Positions 13,292-27,849 are shown, counted from the first letter of the stretch. The stretch is 64,000 nt of DNA from the human T2T-CHM13v2.0 reference genome, Homo sapiens (GCF_009914755.1 NC_060926.1), one strand, 5' to 3'. Numbers and translations are program-made. Notes: generated by a model from the sequence alone, not told the origin.

Positions 13292-13874
13292 CAGCAGTCC
13301 CCCCTTATCTGCAGGGGATGTGCTCCAAGGCCCCCAGTGGATTCTTGAAACCATGGATAGTGCGGAACCCTATATACACTATGTTTTTCATTATACATAC
13401 GCACCTATGATAAAGTTTAAGTTATAATTAGGCACAATAAGAGATTAACAACAATAACTAATAATAGAACAATTATAAGAATATACTATAATTAAAGTTA
13501 TGTAAATGTGGTCTTTCTTAAAATATCTTATTGTGCTGTACTCACCCTTTTTCTTCTTGTGATGATGTGAGGTGATAAAATGCCTATATGATGAGATACC
13601 ACAGTAATCAATCAGATAACTGAGAAGGATACTAAGTGACTAATGGACAGGTAGTATACACAGTGTGGATATGTGGGACAAAGCGATGTTTTACCTTCCT
13701 GGTGGGATGAAGCTGGACCGTGTGATATTTCATCACTCTACTCAGAACAGCATGCCATTGAAAACTTATGAATTGTTTACTCCTGGAATTTTTCATTTAA
13801 TATTTTTAGATCACAGTTGACCACGAGTAACTGAAACTACAGAAAGTGAACCTGAGGATAAGGGGGGACTACTG
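13292..13874 (-). mobile_element. MER44 (Tigger7-derived) DNA transposon
   Basis: TIRs CAGCAGTCCCCCCTTATC / GATAAGGGGGGACTACTG, preceded by TA. Confidence 0.9.
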
Positions 13875-14374
13875 CATAGATATTTAGTACTGTAAAATTA
13901 TTCCCAAGTGCTGCGTTAGCAATATCCCACAAACTCTGATATGACATGTTTTGATTTCTATTTAATTCAGAACAATTTTAAATTTTATTTTAAACTTCCT
14001 CTTTGATGCCTGGTTTATGTAGATGTGTTGCTTCATTTCCAAATATTTGGGGGTTTCCTAGCTGTCTTTCTGTAACTGATTTCTGGTTTAACTCTATTAT
14101 ATTCAAAGAACATATTTTCTATGACTTGAATGTTTTAAATCTATTTACCTGTGTTTTGGCAGAAAATATATTCCATCTTGGTAACTGTCCACTTGTGTGT
14201 AAAAATAATGTGTATTCTGCTTTGAAAGGGTGGAGGGATCTATAACTGCCAGTTAAATCAAGTTAGTTGATAGTATATCCTTACTAATTGTTTTTCTACT
14301 TGTTCTATCAATTATTGAAAGAGGGGTATTTACATTTCAATTATAATGGTAGATTTATTTATTTCCATCCCCTT

Positions 14375-14726
14375 TGATATGGTTTGGCTGTGTCCCCACC
14401 CATATCTCACCTTGAATTCCCATGTGTTGTGAGAGGGACCCTGTGGGAGGTAATTGAATCATGGGGGCAAGTCTTTCCTGTGCTGTTCTCTTGATAGTAA
14501 GTCTCACGAGATCTGATGGTTTAATAAAGAAGAGTTCCCTTGCACAAGCTCTGTCTGTTTGCCTGCTGCCATCTATGTAAGACATGACTTGCTCCTCCTT
14601 GCCTTCCACCATGATTGTAAGGCTCCCCCAGCCACGTGGAACTGTAAGTCCATTAAACCTCTTTCTTTTGTACATTGTCCAGTCTCAGGTATGTCTTAAT
14701 CAGCAGCATGAAAACAGACTAATACA
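14375..14726 (+). mobile_element. THE1B-type solo LTR (MaLR)
   Basis: TGATATGGTTTGGCTGTGTCCCCACCC...ACAGACTAATACA; perfect 5 bp TSD CCCTT. Confidence 0.95.
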
Positions 14727-16077
14727 CCCTTGCAGTTCAATGAGTTTTTGTTTCACATATTTCAAAGCTCTGTTTTTAGGTTCATAAATGTTTAGGATTG
14801 TTATATCCTCTTTATCTTTATGAAATGGCTATTTTCATCCCTGAAATTCTTTGTTGCCCTCAAATATATACTGCCTAATGTTCATGTTGTCACTCCAGTT
14901 TGTTTGTTGACTAGTGACAGAATTGTGAATCTTTTACCTTCATTCTATTTTTAACCTGTTTATGTTTACGTTTAAAGTGTGTTTCCTATAGGCAGCATAT
15001 GATTGGATCTTTCTTTTTTAGTTAGCTGACAACTTTTGACTTTCAGCACAGGTGTTAGAACACATATTGAATGTTATTTTTGATGTGTTTAAGTTTTTCA
15101 TCTTGCTATTTATTTTATAATCACCCCCTTTTGTTCTTTGTTCCCCTTTCCTTATTTTTCTGGCTTCTTTTGGATTGAGTTTTTAAAAAATAATTCCATT
15201 TTAGCTTGTTTATTGGCTGATTAGTTATGCCTGTTTGTTTTATTTTAATGGTTGCTTTAGAGTTTATAGCATACATCTTTAACTTACCATTGTCTACCTT
15301 AAAGTGATATTATTTCACTTCACTTAGAGTATAAATTCCTTCTCCCTGCCCCTAGCCTTTATACTATTTTTTGTCATCATATATTTTACTTGTACATATG
15401 TAAGGGTCCCCACAATACATTCTTGTTTTTGTTTAAACAGTCAGATATTTATTAAAAAGAGTTAAATAATAAGAAAAAATATTACGCATTTATCTATGTG
15501 GTTACAATTTCTGGTACTTTTCATTCCTTTATGTAGATTCATATGTCCACTTGGTGTCAGTTTATTTTAAATTGAAAGACTTCCTTTGATAGTTCTTGTG
15601 GTGCAGAACTTAAAGCTTTTGTATCATACGTCTGAAAGTCTTCATTTCACTTAGGTTTTTGAAATACACGTTAGGTTGATAGTTTTTCTTTTTTCTTTCA
15701 GCACTTTAAAGATGTTGTTCTGCCATCTTCTTGCTTGCATTGTTTCTGATAAGAAATCTGTTGTCCTCCTGATCTTTGTTCCTCTGTGCACAATTTGCCC
15801 TTTTCTCTGGCTACTTTTTAATTCTTTTTTTAATCACTGGCTTTGAGCAGTTTTATTATTGTGTGCCTTGCTGTAGTTTTATTCATGTTTCTTGTGCACA
15901 AGGTTCATTTACTGTCTCAAATCTGTAAGTTTATAATATTCATCAAATTGGAAACATTTTAACTTATGTATCTTCAAATATTTTTTCTGTTCCCCGTTCT
16001 CAGTTCTTAAGATAATTCCAATTACATGTAGTATTTTAGGCTGCTTAAAGTTGTCCTTCAGTTCACTTATGTTCCCT

Positions 16078-16391
16078 TTATTTATTTATGTATTTATTAT
16101 TTATTTTTTTGAGATGAAGTCTGGCTTTGTCACCCAGGCTGTAGTGCAGTGTCATGATCTCGGCTAACTGCAAACTCCGCCTCCCAGGTTCAAGCGATTA
16201 TCCTTCCTCAGCCTCCTGAGTAGCTGGGATTACAGCTGCATGCCACCATGCCCAGCTAATTTTTGTATTTTAATAGAGATGGGGTTTCACCATATTGGTC
16301 AGGCTGGTCTCGAACTCCTGACCTCAAGTTATACACCCATCTCGGCCTCCCAAAGTGCTGGGATTACAGGCATGAGCCACCGTACCCGGCC
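16078..16391 (-). mobile_element. Alu SINE (AluS) nested in L1
   Basis: (TTTA)n tail followed by a reverse Alu ending CCCGGCC. Confidence 0.96.
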
Positions 16392-17074
16392 ACGTTCTTT
16401 TCTTTTAAAAAGATTCTTTTCCTTCTCTGTTTTATTTTGGATGGTTTCTATGACTATATTGTGAAGTCATCTCATCTTTTGTTCTGCAATATCTAATTAC
16501 CCATTAATCCCATCCAATGTATTTTTTAACTTAGACATTGCAGGGTTTTTTAATTTGCAAATGTTTGATTTGGGGCTGTACTTTTTCATATATATTTCTA
16601 CTTAACTTTTCAAAATATAGGGAGTACAGTTATAATAGTTTCAATGCCTTTGTCTGATAATTCTAACATCTGTATCTGTTCTGGGTGGTTTTGATTCATT
16701 TTCTCTTTTCATTATGGTTGCATTTTTCTGCTTCTTATCATGCCTACTAATCTTTGCTTGGATGCCAGATATTGTGAATTTTACTTTGTTGGGTGCTGTA
16801 TATTTTTGCATTCCTGTAAATATTCTTGAACCTTGTTTTAGGATGCAGTTAAATTTCTTGGAAATCTTGACATTCTTTTAATGTTTGCTAGGCAGGATCA
16901 TAGCAGCATTTAGTCTAGGGCTTAGTACTCCCCAATATTGAGGGAAGTCCTTTCTGAGTACCGTGTCATAAGACCTATGAGTTATGAGGTTTTTCAATCT
17001 GACTACTGAAAATGACAACCTTACTTATTATGTAATTCCATTTTAATGTAAAAATATACATAGATTAGAGATGT

Positions 17075-18560
17075 GTTTCATTTATTCAATGACTGTTTTT
17101 TGAATATGGACAATGTGAAAGATATCAAATATAGAATAGCAAATAAAGCAAAATCTTTCCTCTCAAAGAGTTTATATTCTATGTCTGGAGACAGACAATA
17201 GTTCTGTATCAGGTAGTAATATGTACTTTGAAGAAAAATAAGGCAGAGTAAAAGGAGAGAACAATGGGGAGTGGAATAGGATGCAGTACTCTATATGTGT
17301 CTGGGAAGAACTCTCGAAAAGGTGATATTGAAGCAGAGACTAGAATAAAGTGAAGTAGTGTGGCTGGTAGCTATCTGGTGGAAGGACACTACAGGTAAAT
17401 GACGAAGTGCTGAGGTAGAATAATAGGAGGAGAGCATGGTCTTAGCATTTGTGAGGATGGGCAAGGAGGCTAGTGTGTTGGGGTGTACTGAGAAAGTAAG
17501 GGAGAGAATAGTAGGAGGTGAGGTCAGAGGGACCCCCAGGAGGATGGGGGATCACGTAAGGTTTTGCTGAAGGTGGTAAGAACTGTAGATTTTATTAAAA
17601 GGGGGATGGAAACCATTTAGTGGTTTTGAGAAAAGTAATGGCATGACCTGACTTACCTTTTTAAAGGGTATCTTTTTTGCTTTGTGGAGAATTGACTATA
17701 GGTAAAGGGTAGAGCAGGGAGACCAAGTTGGAAGTTACTATAGTCTTCCAGGCCTAAGGAGTTGGTAGTGGTGAAGGTGATGAAAAATCAGTCTGATTTG
17801 GGATATATTTAGAAGTTAGAGCTAGCAGCATTTGCTGATGAATTAGATGGTGGGATGGGGGTGGGGAGAGAGAGCTTAAGAGTGATTTCAAGGTTTTATT
17901 ATTGTTGTGTGTCTCTTCATCTGACATTTACTGGGATGGAGAAGATTGGGAGTGGAGAATTAGAAGTTCAGTTTTGACATGGTGAGTTTGAGATTTTCTA
18001 TAAAGTGTTAAGGAGGCAGTTGGACACACACATCTGAAGTTCAGGGGAAAAGTCTAGCCTAGAGACATAAATTTGAGTGTCATCAGCATATAGAAGGCAT
18101 TTAAAGGTTAGGTCTGGATGAGACCACATAGAAAGTAAGTATAGATAGAGAATGAGAGATGACTAAAGATTGGGGTTGTCCAACATTTAAAAGTCAGGAA
18201 GATGAGGAAGAGCCATTAAAGGAGACCAAGAAGAAATGGCCAAACAGGCACGATGAGATCCAAGACAGTGATATCCTAGGAGCCAAGAGAAGAAAGTGTT
18301 TCAAGAAAGAGGATGTGATATACTATGTCAATTGCTGCTCAAAGTTGAGGAAAATAAGGTCTTAGAACTAACTTTGGGATTTGACAATGTGGAAGACATT
18401 GGGACCTTGACAAGGGCAGTCCGGTTGAAGTGGTAAGAATGAAAGTCTGATTGGAGTGGATTCAAGAGAGAATGGAGGAGAGGAAGTGGCAACAGTGAGC
18501 ATAAGCAGCTGTTGAAGTTGTGTTGTAAAGGGGAACACAAAAATGGGTTGTAAGGAGATG
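17075..18560 (-). mobile_element. L2 LINE fragment (~1.5 kb)
   Basis: CATTTATTCAAT 3' end; typical reverse-L2 segments such as GGAGGCAGTTGGA, TTTGAGTGTCATCAGCATATAG and GGATTCAAGAGAGAATGG. Confidence 0.85.
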
Positions 18561-18884
18561 CATGTCTGACAGACTTAGGTGTCTTAGAGGAGATATGAAA
18601 AAAAGTTCCCTGTAGTTACCTCTGAAAGACAGATTGAGTGGACCTTGGTATGGAGAGGATAGAGGAAAATTGTACTTTGCCCTTTATAACTTTATATGCT
18701 GTTTGATTTTTTTTCCCAATCAAGTTGCAGTACTCTTGTTCAGATGCAATCCTCACAAGGTTTAATATGTGAAAATACATACAAAGATAGAATATGGTAT
18801 ACATAGTACGTTTAGGTTAAACAAACAAAAAGCTATGCAGAGAAAAGACAGGAAGAAACTCATAAAGCCTTAAAAATAATATTA

Positions 18885-19100
18885 TATGGTAGAAATAGAA
18901 TGAGTTTTGGAATCTGGAAGTACTTGGGACTAAAATCTGGCTCGCATATACATCCCTTAATGTCTCTCACCCTTGGTTTCCTTTTTTGTAATATGTATAT
19001 AAAAATACTACCATCATTAATGGTTAGTATGAGGTTTAAGTGGAATGACTTAAATGTTAAGTGCCTGAAAATTAGTAGGTTCTTGGGTCATTATATTATT
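18885..19100 (+). mobile_element. MIR SINE
   Basis: Degenerate core CTTGGTTTCCTTTTTTGTAATATG...ATGAGGTTTAAGTGGAATGAC. Confidence 0.6.
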
Positions 19101-19559
19101 CCTTCAAACTTTTTGTCTCTTTTAAAAGGGACAAAAATATTCATACATTACTAGTGTAATTAATTATTGAAAACGAACTGGGACAACTGTTGCTGAAATG
19201 TTAGCAGTGTTTGGTTCTAGGTGATGGGAATATAACTGATGGTTATTTTCCATTCAGTATAGTTTCTGTGTTTGTAGAAACAATAAGCCAAAATAAACAA
19301 AGAGTTCCTTTAAATAGAAACACCAGGTGATATGTATTTTTTCTGCCCAGTTTACTGACTTGTTGAACAGGAGAAGAAGGCAGATAGAAGGTATGGTAGG
19401 AGAGGAATGAAAGTTTACATGGTACCTACCATCGGCAAAATCAGGTGGAGAAAATGGAATGCATCAGAAAAATAAATTAATGAAAATGTGTTTTTATTTA
19501 TAGATATCCTTTAAGGTTTCATCTGCTCCCTAAGTTGTACCTCAGCATGGACCTTTAGA

Positions 19560-19685
19560 TTTGTAAGGAGGTTGGCTTGTAAAGACAGTCTTAGTTTTTC
19601 TATTGTCTTTGTGTCATTATTTATAGAGTTCCCTTTCACTTTCAGAGGTGTCCTAGTTTGGAGGTTGAAGTATGTGATCCCCCTA
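19560..19685 (+). mobile_element. MER94-like hAT element
   Basis: CCCTTTCACTTTCAGAGGTGTCCTAGTTTGGA...GATCCCCCTA resembles MER94. Confidence 0.55.
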
Positions 19686-21258
19686 CTTAAAGGATGTGGA
19701 ATGCTTAAAAGTTTTCAAAGGACTCAATAATGCTCTTGGATGGTTTTGCTCAAAGACTTGTGTTTTATGATGGGGAAAAGGATGGAAGGATATCAAGATC
19801 AACTTTCAGATGTAAAATTCTGAGATGAAGTCAAGAAAGATAAATAGCATTTGAGATGGGAAGAGACTCTACTGCAAAGTTTTCTGTCCTGGCTAAGTGG
19901 GCAGTATAACGTTGGGCTCTTCATATATACCAGGGGGAACAATATTAAGTGAAATACATTGCAATCTGTAAGGCACTATGCAAATGTAAGGTGCTTTCAT
20001 GTGTATATGCTGTTCCATTTGAGTCTCACTATAGTCTCTAGTGGGTTTTAAAAAAATAGATCTAGAAATTGCTAGTAATTGATCAATCTGGGAATAAAAC
20101 CCAGATTTCATGCTGTTTTAATTGGAACACTCATCTGGAACCTTCTCCACACTCTCTGGGCAGGGCTTTTTCTGACTACCACAAAAACTGAGTTCAGTTG
20201 GCTTCCTGGAGTGAACTGCATGGTTACTTTTCAGGAGATGAAATTATCTTCACTACATTAAGTGCCTTTGCTATGTAAGGTATTGACAAGATGGTGTAGA
20301 GTTTTGGACTGAAAACGCTTGTCCATTTCTAAGATGGAATATTAGGTGGTTGACAACTGTTAGATTTGGGTATGTGCCATTTATCTTGACATTGGACATT
20401 CCATTCCTTCCTCTTTCCCTCTGAAAGCTCAATAAAGCAAAGGGAAGGGAATCTGTGGACAGAACTTCAAGGACTTGACCTGATACTAGTTGAGGCTCTT
20501 GTTTGGTACTTTACTCACATACCAGCCTCTAAATTAAGGATTCAAGTATGGAATTTAAGAATTGAAAAAAAATAAGAGCTTATAGCTAATCACTCTTTCA
20601 ACTCTTTTTCTGAGTGCACAACCTTTGGAGAAAAGTCTTATCATTATAAGTAATGCTTTTATCTCAATGCCAAGTGGTATTTCATTTTGACCTAGGAATC
20701 TAGGATATACATTTCTTTTGGAAAAGTGTTAGCATTTTGTGCTGCTGAATTAAATCACTCATGATAAAGGAAACCCCCAGTGCAGTTCTTCCCTGCTACC
20801 CTAAAACCATATCAAGACCCCACATATCTGAGAGAAGGAAATTGTACCTTAAGGCTTAACACAGAAGTCATGAAGACTGGTTTCCATTAGAGCTGGGCTG
20901 TCAGCAGCCTCCAAATTAAAACTGTTGGAAATGTTGAAATTTGAAGTTCAGTGTTAACATGAAGGGGGTTCACACACTACTGTTCTAAGGGCTAATCTTT
21001 AGTGATAGATGCAGAGACAGGAGATTCAAGTGTTCTTAGGAAAACCCAAGCGTTCTTCCATCCTAAGCCTTTCTGGCTTTCATTTTAACGTCAACCAGTC
21101 ATTGCCAAGACTATGTCTGAAAGGACTAATTCTAGCTATTTCAAAGGGTCTTCTTTGTCTAATGTTCTTAGAAAATCATGTAATATTCTATTATGTGATA
21201 TTTTAGATATACCATAATGACTACAGATATCAGTGATCCTCATTTTCCCCCTAGTTAA

Positions 21259-21633
<375 letters not shown>

Positions 21634-21944
21634 TAAATAAATATTACCACTAATTAGATAAGTTGTTTAAACTTTTGATGCTTCAATTGCCACATCTGTA
21701 AATGGAAATTCTAAGCAGTTTTCTATCTACCTTATTGGAATGTTTTCATGGTCAAATGGATAATTAGATGTCAGATCCTTTGAAAAACTAGAATCCTGAT
21801 TATAGTAGAAACTTAGAATGCTCACCCATGTCTGGTTTATCTTAATGGGAAGATTCCTCTTCCTGATTCCCCTTGCAATTGAACAGGTCTTATGATTCTT
21901 GCTGGCCATCGAGTTGTGCTTGAACATGAGCCACTTTTGAGCCA

Positions 21945-22820
21945 GATCACTTAATTGCTTATGTGAGACCTGTTAGGACTCTCTTCCTCTGCTGTGGTGA
22001 TTGTGGAAATGTTTAGAGTTGGGAATGTTTCACAGTTTAGAACTATCTGGAAGCTAAGATAACACATGGAAGATATTTATCCAGAAGAGGTGACTAGACC
22101 CACCGTAGGCTTTGAGGAAGCAAGAAATAGACCAATATATCAGTCTCCTCTTATCCATGGTTTCACTTTCCAAGGTTTCGATTACCTACGGTCAGCCTCA
22201 GTCTGAAAATATTAAATGGAAAATTCCAGAAATAAACAATTTATAAATGTTAAATTGTAGGCAGTTCTGAATAGTGTGACACAACCTCTCACTGTCACGA
22301 GTCATTTCTTTGTTCAGCTTTTGTACATGCTTTATATGCGACCTGCCTGTAGGCATCTTGGTTATCAGATCTACTGAGACCGTATTGCAGTGCTTGTGTT
22401 CAAGTTAACAGTAGCCTAACATTATGTCACAAAGCCTATGTCATTTACCTCATTCCATCTCATCATGTAGGCATTTTATCATCTCACATCATCACAAGAA
22501 AGTTGAGTATAGTACAATAAGATATTTTGAGAGAGCCCATATTCACATAACTTTTATTACAGTGTATTGTTATACTTGTTCTATTTAATTATTGCTTTAA
22601 ATATTTTATTGTGCCTAATTTCTAAATTAAACTTTATCATAGGTATGTATCTATAGGACAAAACATAGTATATGTAGGGTTTGGTACTATCTGCAGTTCC
22701 AGGCATCCAGTGAGCATCTTGGAATGTCTCTGACAAAGATAGGGGAGATCTACTGTACTGTGTCAGATCACTGAGATTGAGGGGTTGTTATGGCAGCAGA
22801 ACCTAGCTTAACCATACTGC
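21945..22820 (+). mobile_element. Old MLT1 (MaLR) LTR remnant split by MER44
   Basis: MLT1-like 3' end CACTGAGATTGAGGGGTTGTTATGGCAGCAGAACCTAGC resumes right after MER44. Confidence 0.55.
22141..22755 (+). mobile_element. MER44 (Tigger7-derived) DNA transposon
   Basis: CAGTCTCCTCTTATCCATGGTTTCACTTTCC...GAAAATATTAAATGGAAAATTCCAGAAATAAAC...GATAGGGGAGATCTACTG followed by TA. Confidence 0.9.
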
Positions 22821-23656
22821 TGTAGGTATAAAGAATTCTTAAAATTGTTAATTGTGATTATTAGTGAGATATCTCCTAACCCTCTGCTAATATTTACTAC
22901 TAATTTGCTGTTGTGCCATTTTCTGACACCTATTCGATTTGAATCTGACCACTTTGACCCTTTTCTCATCCCCCCACACCCAAGAATCTCTCGTGTCCTG
23001 GAAGTAACCTGAAGGAAGGAACTGTATTAGCAGTTATGACATGTTGGCAGTTACAACATAAAAGGATGGAAGCTAAATTCAAGAAGTACTGTGCCTGACA
23101 TATAATGGGCACTCAGCAAACATTTGTTGACAATAGGAAGAGAAATTGGATGAGATGTGGCTGCTACCAGTGATTTCATGTGGCAAAATCTAATAAATGT
23201 TTAGTTCTCATCTTCCTTGACCTTGTAAACAGGGTTTGGAGCTTTTCACCACTCTCTCTTTCTCAAAACTCTTTGATCCTTGGCTTCCTGGACATCAGAA
23301 GCTTCTAGTTTCCCCCCTATCCTAGTAGCCACTGCTTGGTCTCCTTTGCAGAATCCCCGTCTTCCTAATATCTAAATACTCTAGTGCCCTAGAGCTCAGT
23401 CTTTGGGCCCCTTCTTGTTTATTTGAATCTCTCAGTCTTGTCTGCTGTTTTATTATTGAGTGATTTCCTTTTATTGATTTATACATTCTCTTTTTTATGG
23501 AGAGTAGTAACCCTCAGTCTATCCTACATTGCTGATAATTTTCCTCATTTGTTATTAGATTTTTACTTTATAGTTTTTAATATACTACATATTTACTATA
23601 TTTATAGTTTTTCATAGACAATGTACATTTTTATATAATCATATATGTCATTCATC

Positions 23657-23926
23657 TTTTTTTTTTTTTGAGACTTTTTGAGTCTCCCTCTGTCGCTCAG
23701 GCAAGAGTGAAGTGGTTTGATCTTGGCTCACTGATATCTCTGCCTCCCGGGTTCAAGTGATTCTCGTGCCTCAGCCCCCTGAGTAGCTGGGGCTACAGGC
23801 GAGCACCACCATGCCTAGCTAATTTTTATATTTTTAGTAGAGATGGGGTTTCGCCATGTTAGTCAGGCTGGTCTCAAACTCTGGATCTCAAGTGATCAGT
23901 CCACCTTAGCCTCCCAAAGTGCTGGG
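23657..23926 (-). mobile_element. Alu SINE missing ~30 nt at its 5' end
   Basis: Reverse Alu that stops at CAAAGTGCTGGG. Confidence 0.95.
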
Positions 23927-24147
23927 TTAAGGCTTTTGGAATTAGTGTGGCATTTTGGGGATTTGTCAATGTGTGAAGTGGTTATGCTTAATATATGTAC
24001 CTGGTCTGTATATTAAGGCCACTTTCCTTTGTATAGCAGGACCTTGTTGCTCATCTGTCATTTTTGTCCATGTTCTTTGGGTTATGTAGCTATATGGTGA
24101 GGGGTCAAGTTGTTCCAATTTAGTCTTGCCAAATTATCCTTGTTATT

Positions 24148-24650
24148 ATAATAATCATCTATTGCTATGTAACAAAGTACTCCAAAATTTAGTGTTGTAA
24201 AGCACCAATAATCATTTATTATCTTTCATGGTTTCTCTGAATTCAGGAATTCAGAAGTGGCTTGGCTGGGCAGTTCTGGATTAGGGTCTCTCACCAGGTT
24301 GTAGTCACGTCTAGGCTAGGGCTGTGGTCATCTGAAGGCTGGAGGATTTATTTCTAAGCTGGCAGTTGGTGTTAGCAAATTGGTCCTTCTCCATGTGGAT
24401 CTCTTTGAGTGTCCTCATGATGTGGTGCTTGGCTTTCCCCAGAGCAAGTAATCCAAGAGACCAAGACAGAAACTCCAATGTCTTTTATGACAGCCTCAAA
24501 GTTCCAGTCATCATTTCCACCTCATTCTATTGGCTGCATAAGAGACTAGCCAGGCTTCAGTGTGTGTGCTGGGGCTGGGGCGGCTACATAGCTGTGACTA
24601 CCAGGGGGTGCAGTCTCTGGGGACCACCACTACCGAGGCTGGGTACCATG
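24148..24650 (-). mobile_element. MLT1H-like MaLR LTR
   Basis: CTATTGCTATGTAACAAAGTACTCCAAAATTTAGTG...GGCTTGGCTGGGCAGTTCTGG...CTTCTCCATGTGG. Confidence 0.75.
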
Positions 24651-25004
24651 GTAACCAAAGAGCACTTTTTATTTGAGATGTTTTCTTGGGTTTGATATAT
24701 ACTTTTAAACTGAGAATACAGGAATGCCAACTGATAAATACTGGATTTTTACAAAGCACAGTTAACTTTACATTCTGTTAAGCAGAAAGAAAATGCATGA
24801 GTTTTTGCAGACTATTTGCTCGAGTAAGGCTCTCAGGGCAGAGGACACTTGAGATTGCCTTGATGCAGTTCCTTCTGGTACACTTTTTGGGGCTAATATT
24901 GTTCTTGATTTTCTGCATCCTCCATCTGTCTCTGAATCCAAATATTTTGAAGAAAACAAATCAGAGGGAGGCAAGAAAATGTTCAAGACAGAGTAGAAAT
25001 AGCT

Positions 25005-25230
25005 GCTAATAACAGCAATAACTACTTTATTTCTTGAGTGCTTGCTATGTGCCAGATATGTCTCAGACCTTTTACATAAGTGATATGTTACTTAGCTCTT
25101 CCACTGACCCCATTTTAACTATGACAAAACTGATTCTCGGAGTAATTTATTCAAGATCATGTAGTGAATGGTTGGGCTGAAATTTGAACCCAGGTCTGTC
25201 TGTTTCTAAAGGCTGTGGTTAATCTACTGC
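25005..25230 (-). mobile_element. MIR SINE
   Basis: TTGAGTGCTTGCTATGTGCCAG...CCCATTTTAAC...TTTGAACCCAGGTCTGTCTG. Confidence 0.8.
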
Positions 25231-25487
25231 CTCTCACTGTATCTCATTAATATAAACACACAAACACAATGTTTGGGCATCAGAAAGTTGAAAAGCGGTA
25301 GAGTTGTGTATTACCTGGAAGGATCTGTCAAAGGTAAAAAATGCAGGAAAATGTAATCCCAGATACAAAAATACTCTGAAACTGAAAAGTGCTTTATAAA
25401 TGTAAGGTGGCAGTGTTCTTAATATTATTCAGCTCAGAGAAGTAAGAAAATGAATCATGTATAATTCCTTTATTTCTTTTCACTCAG

Positions 25488-25548
25488 ATTATCGCGGAAC
25501 ACCTGCCCATTAATCTTGACCCTGTTAAAACAATAACTGCCTATCCAG
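25488..25548 (+). other. Candidate 61 nt internal exon (host transcript unidentified)
   Basis: Polypyrimidine tract TTCCTTTATTTCTTTTCACTCAG acceptor and CAG|GTAATA donor; one frame open (IIAEHLPINLDPVKTITAYP). Confidence 0.4.
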
Positions 25549-26674
25549 GTAATACATTGGAGTTAATGTGTAATTAAAGAAAATTATTATCACTTGGCTA
25601 TGAAATGGGAATGGCAATATTTCAAGTTAATATGTATTTTAGACCAATAAATGTTTTAGTTTAAAAAAACTCTGCTGAAATGTACAATTTACAAAGATAT
25701 CAAACCATCAGTTTAAAATTAAAGCGTAAGAAGCTTTATGTCTGTAAATGTGTTTTGTTGTAATGTCAATATGATATCATAATTGTCTTCCACACGAAGA
25801 CATTGTCTTTCTGACAACCACTGTTTAAAGAAAATAGACCTTGGGAATGGGGAAAGTACATTTCTCTTGGATTTTCCTGTCTTTTGACATGTACCTTTGT
25901 GACGTGAACACATTAACGATGAACTCAGTTGACGGTCTTGAGGGTGAGGGATGATATGTAGCCTTCATTACATTGCCTTGGCTCCGGGCCCGTAGGCACC
26001 AGCAGCAAGAGCTTTGATTTCATTTTAAAAGGAGTTAGAAGAATGTGAAGAAGGTCATGGCCATCAATCTGTTATCACTCTGCTAGATAGGATCTCTTTA
26101 AGGAGGAGCATGAAACATATTCTAAAAGCTCCAGTGAAGGCCCCCAAATGGCGATGTTCATCCTACCGCTTCCTAGTGAAAGTGTGCAATCTCTGAAACA
26201 GAGCTCACAAGCACTGAACAACAACAAATAGTCTAAGGAAATGCTTTCATTTTAAATTGTCCCAGCTAGAGCCAGCATATATAGACAGTAGGTATAGTGA
26301 GGCATGTGGATGAAAGCAAAAAAAAAAATTTTGCACTCCTGTTAGCTTTATTAAATGTACATTATTGTGAGTGGGTCAGTAGCCATCCTACTGCAGAGAA
26401 AAGGAATGGAGACTGAAGTTAAATGTTCTGCTTAAGGCTACTTATTGATTGGAAGGCAGGGTATAGTCTTGGGGAGCCCTGAGCTCCTAGAATGCACCTC
26501 TGCTGTCACAAGCTATAGCCATGTGGTCTGTGAATATTATGTCCTTTGTTTTATTTCTTTTGTTTCATTTTTAAGGATATTTTAGAAGAGAAATTTACAG
26601 TACTTAGAATTTTGAGTTCTCCAATATAGGATTTAGTTTTGTGAAATGTCATCTAACTTTTAGGGACATGCATG

Positions 26675-26736
26675 TATATACACATATATATATATATGTG
26701 TATATATATGTGTATATATATATGTGTATATATATA

Positions 26737-26768
<32 letters not shown>
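26675..26768. repeat. Compound (TA)n/(TG)n microsatellite
   Basis: Alternating purine-pyrimidine run abutting the AluY poly-T. Confidence 0.95.
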
Positions 26769-27521
<753 letters not shown>

Positions 27522-27849
27522 TGATATGTCATAATTTAACAATTCCCATCCCATTGGACATATAGGTTGTTTCTAAAATTTCCTCTGCTGTAGATGACAT
27601 GATACTAGTTTTCTTCATGAAGATAGCTTTTTTATTTCCTAAGGTATTGTTTTCTGAAGCTAAATTTTTTCAAGAGTGGATTTAGAGGGTCCAGTTCGCT
27701 TTTGTTTTTTATGCAATTCATCTTAATGGGTTTGCTTCCCTGAGGGATGGTGAGTGCTTTTTCTACTTTTTTATGTGATTAATTTTCAAAACTCTAATCT
27801 GCATTTAGGAGTTCACATAGAGCTGATTTGACTGACCAAATCTGATGAT

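Larger units (their letters stand above)
9848..17010 (-). mobile_element. Old L1M (L1MC/L1MD-type) LINE, long and decayed, with five nested insertions
   Basis: L1M 3' UTR at 9850; ORF 11921-12238 reads as decayed ORF2 RT (LFSIAQEDLASAISQDKETKAIQ..EVKLSL..KINTQKS, FADD motif destroyed); T-rich 5' portion runs to ~17000. Confidence 0.9.

Noticed and set aside
24595-24613. CTCF-like TGACTACCAGGGGGTGCAG in the MLT1 LTR
   Set aside because: Two mismatches at high-information core positions; not supportable without ChIP data
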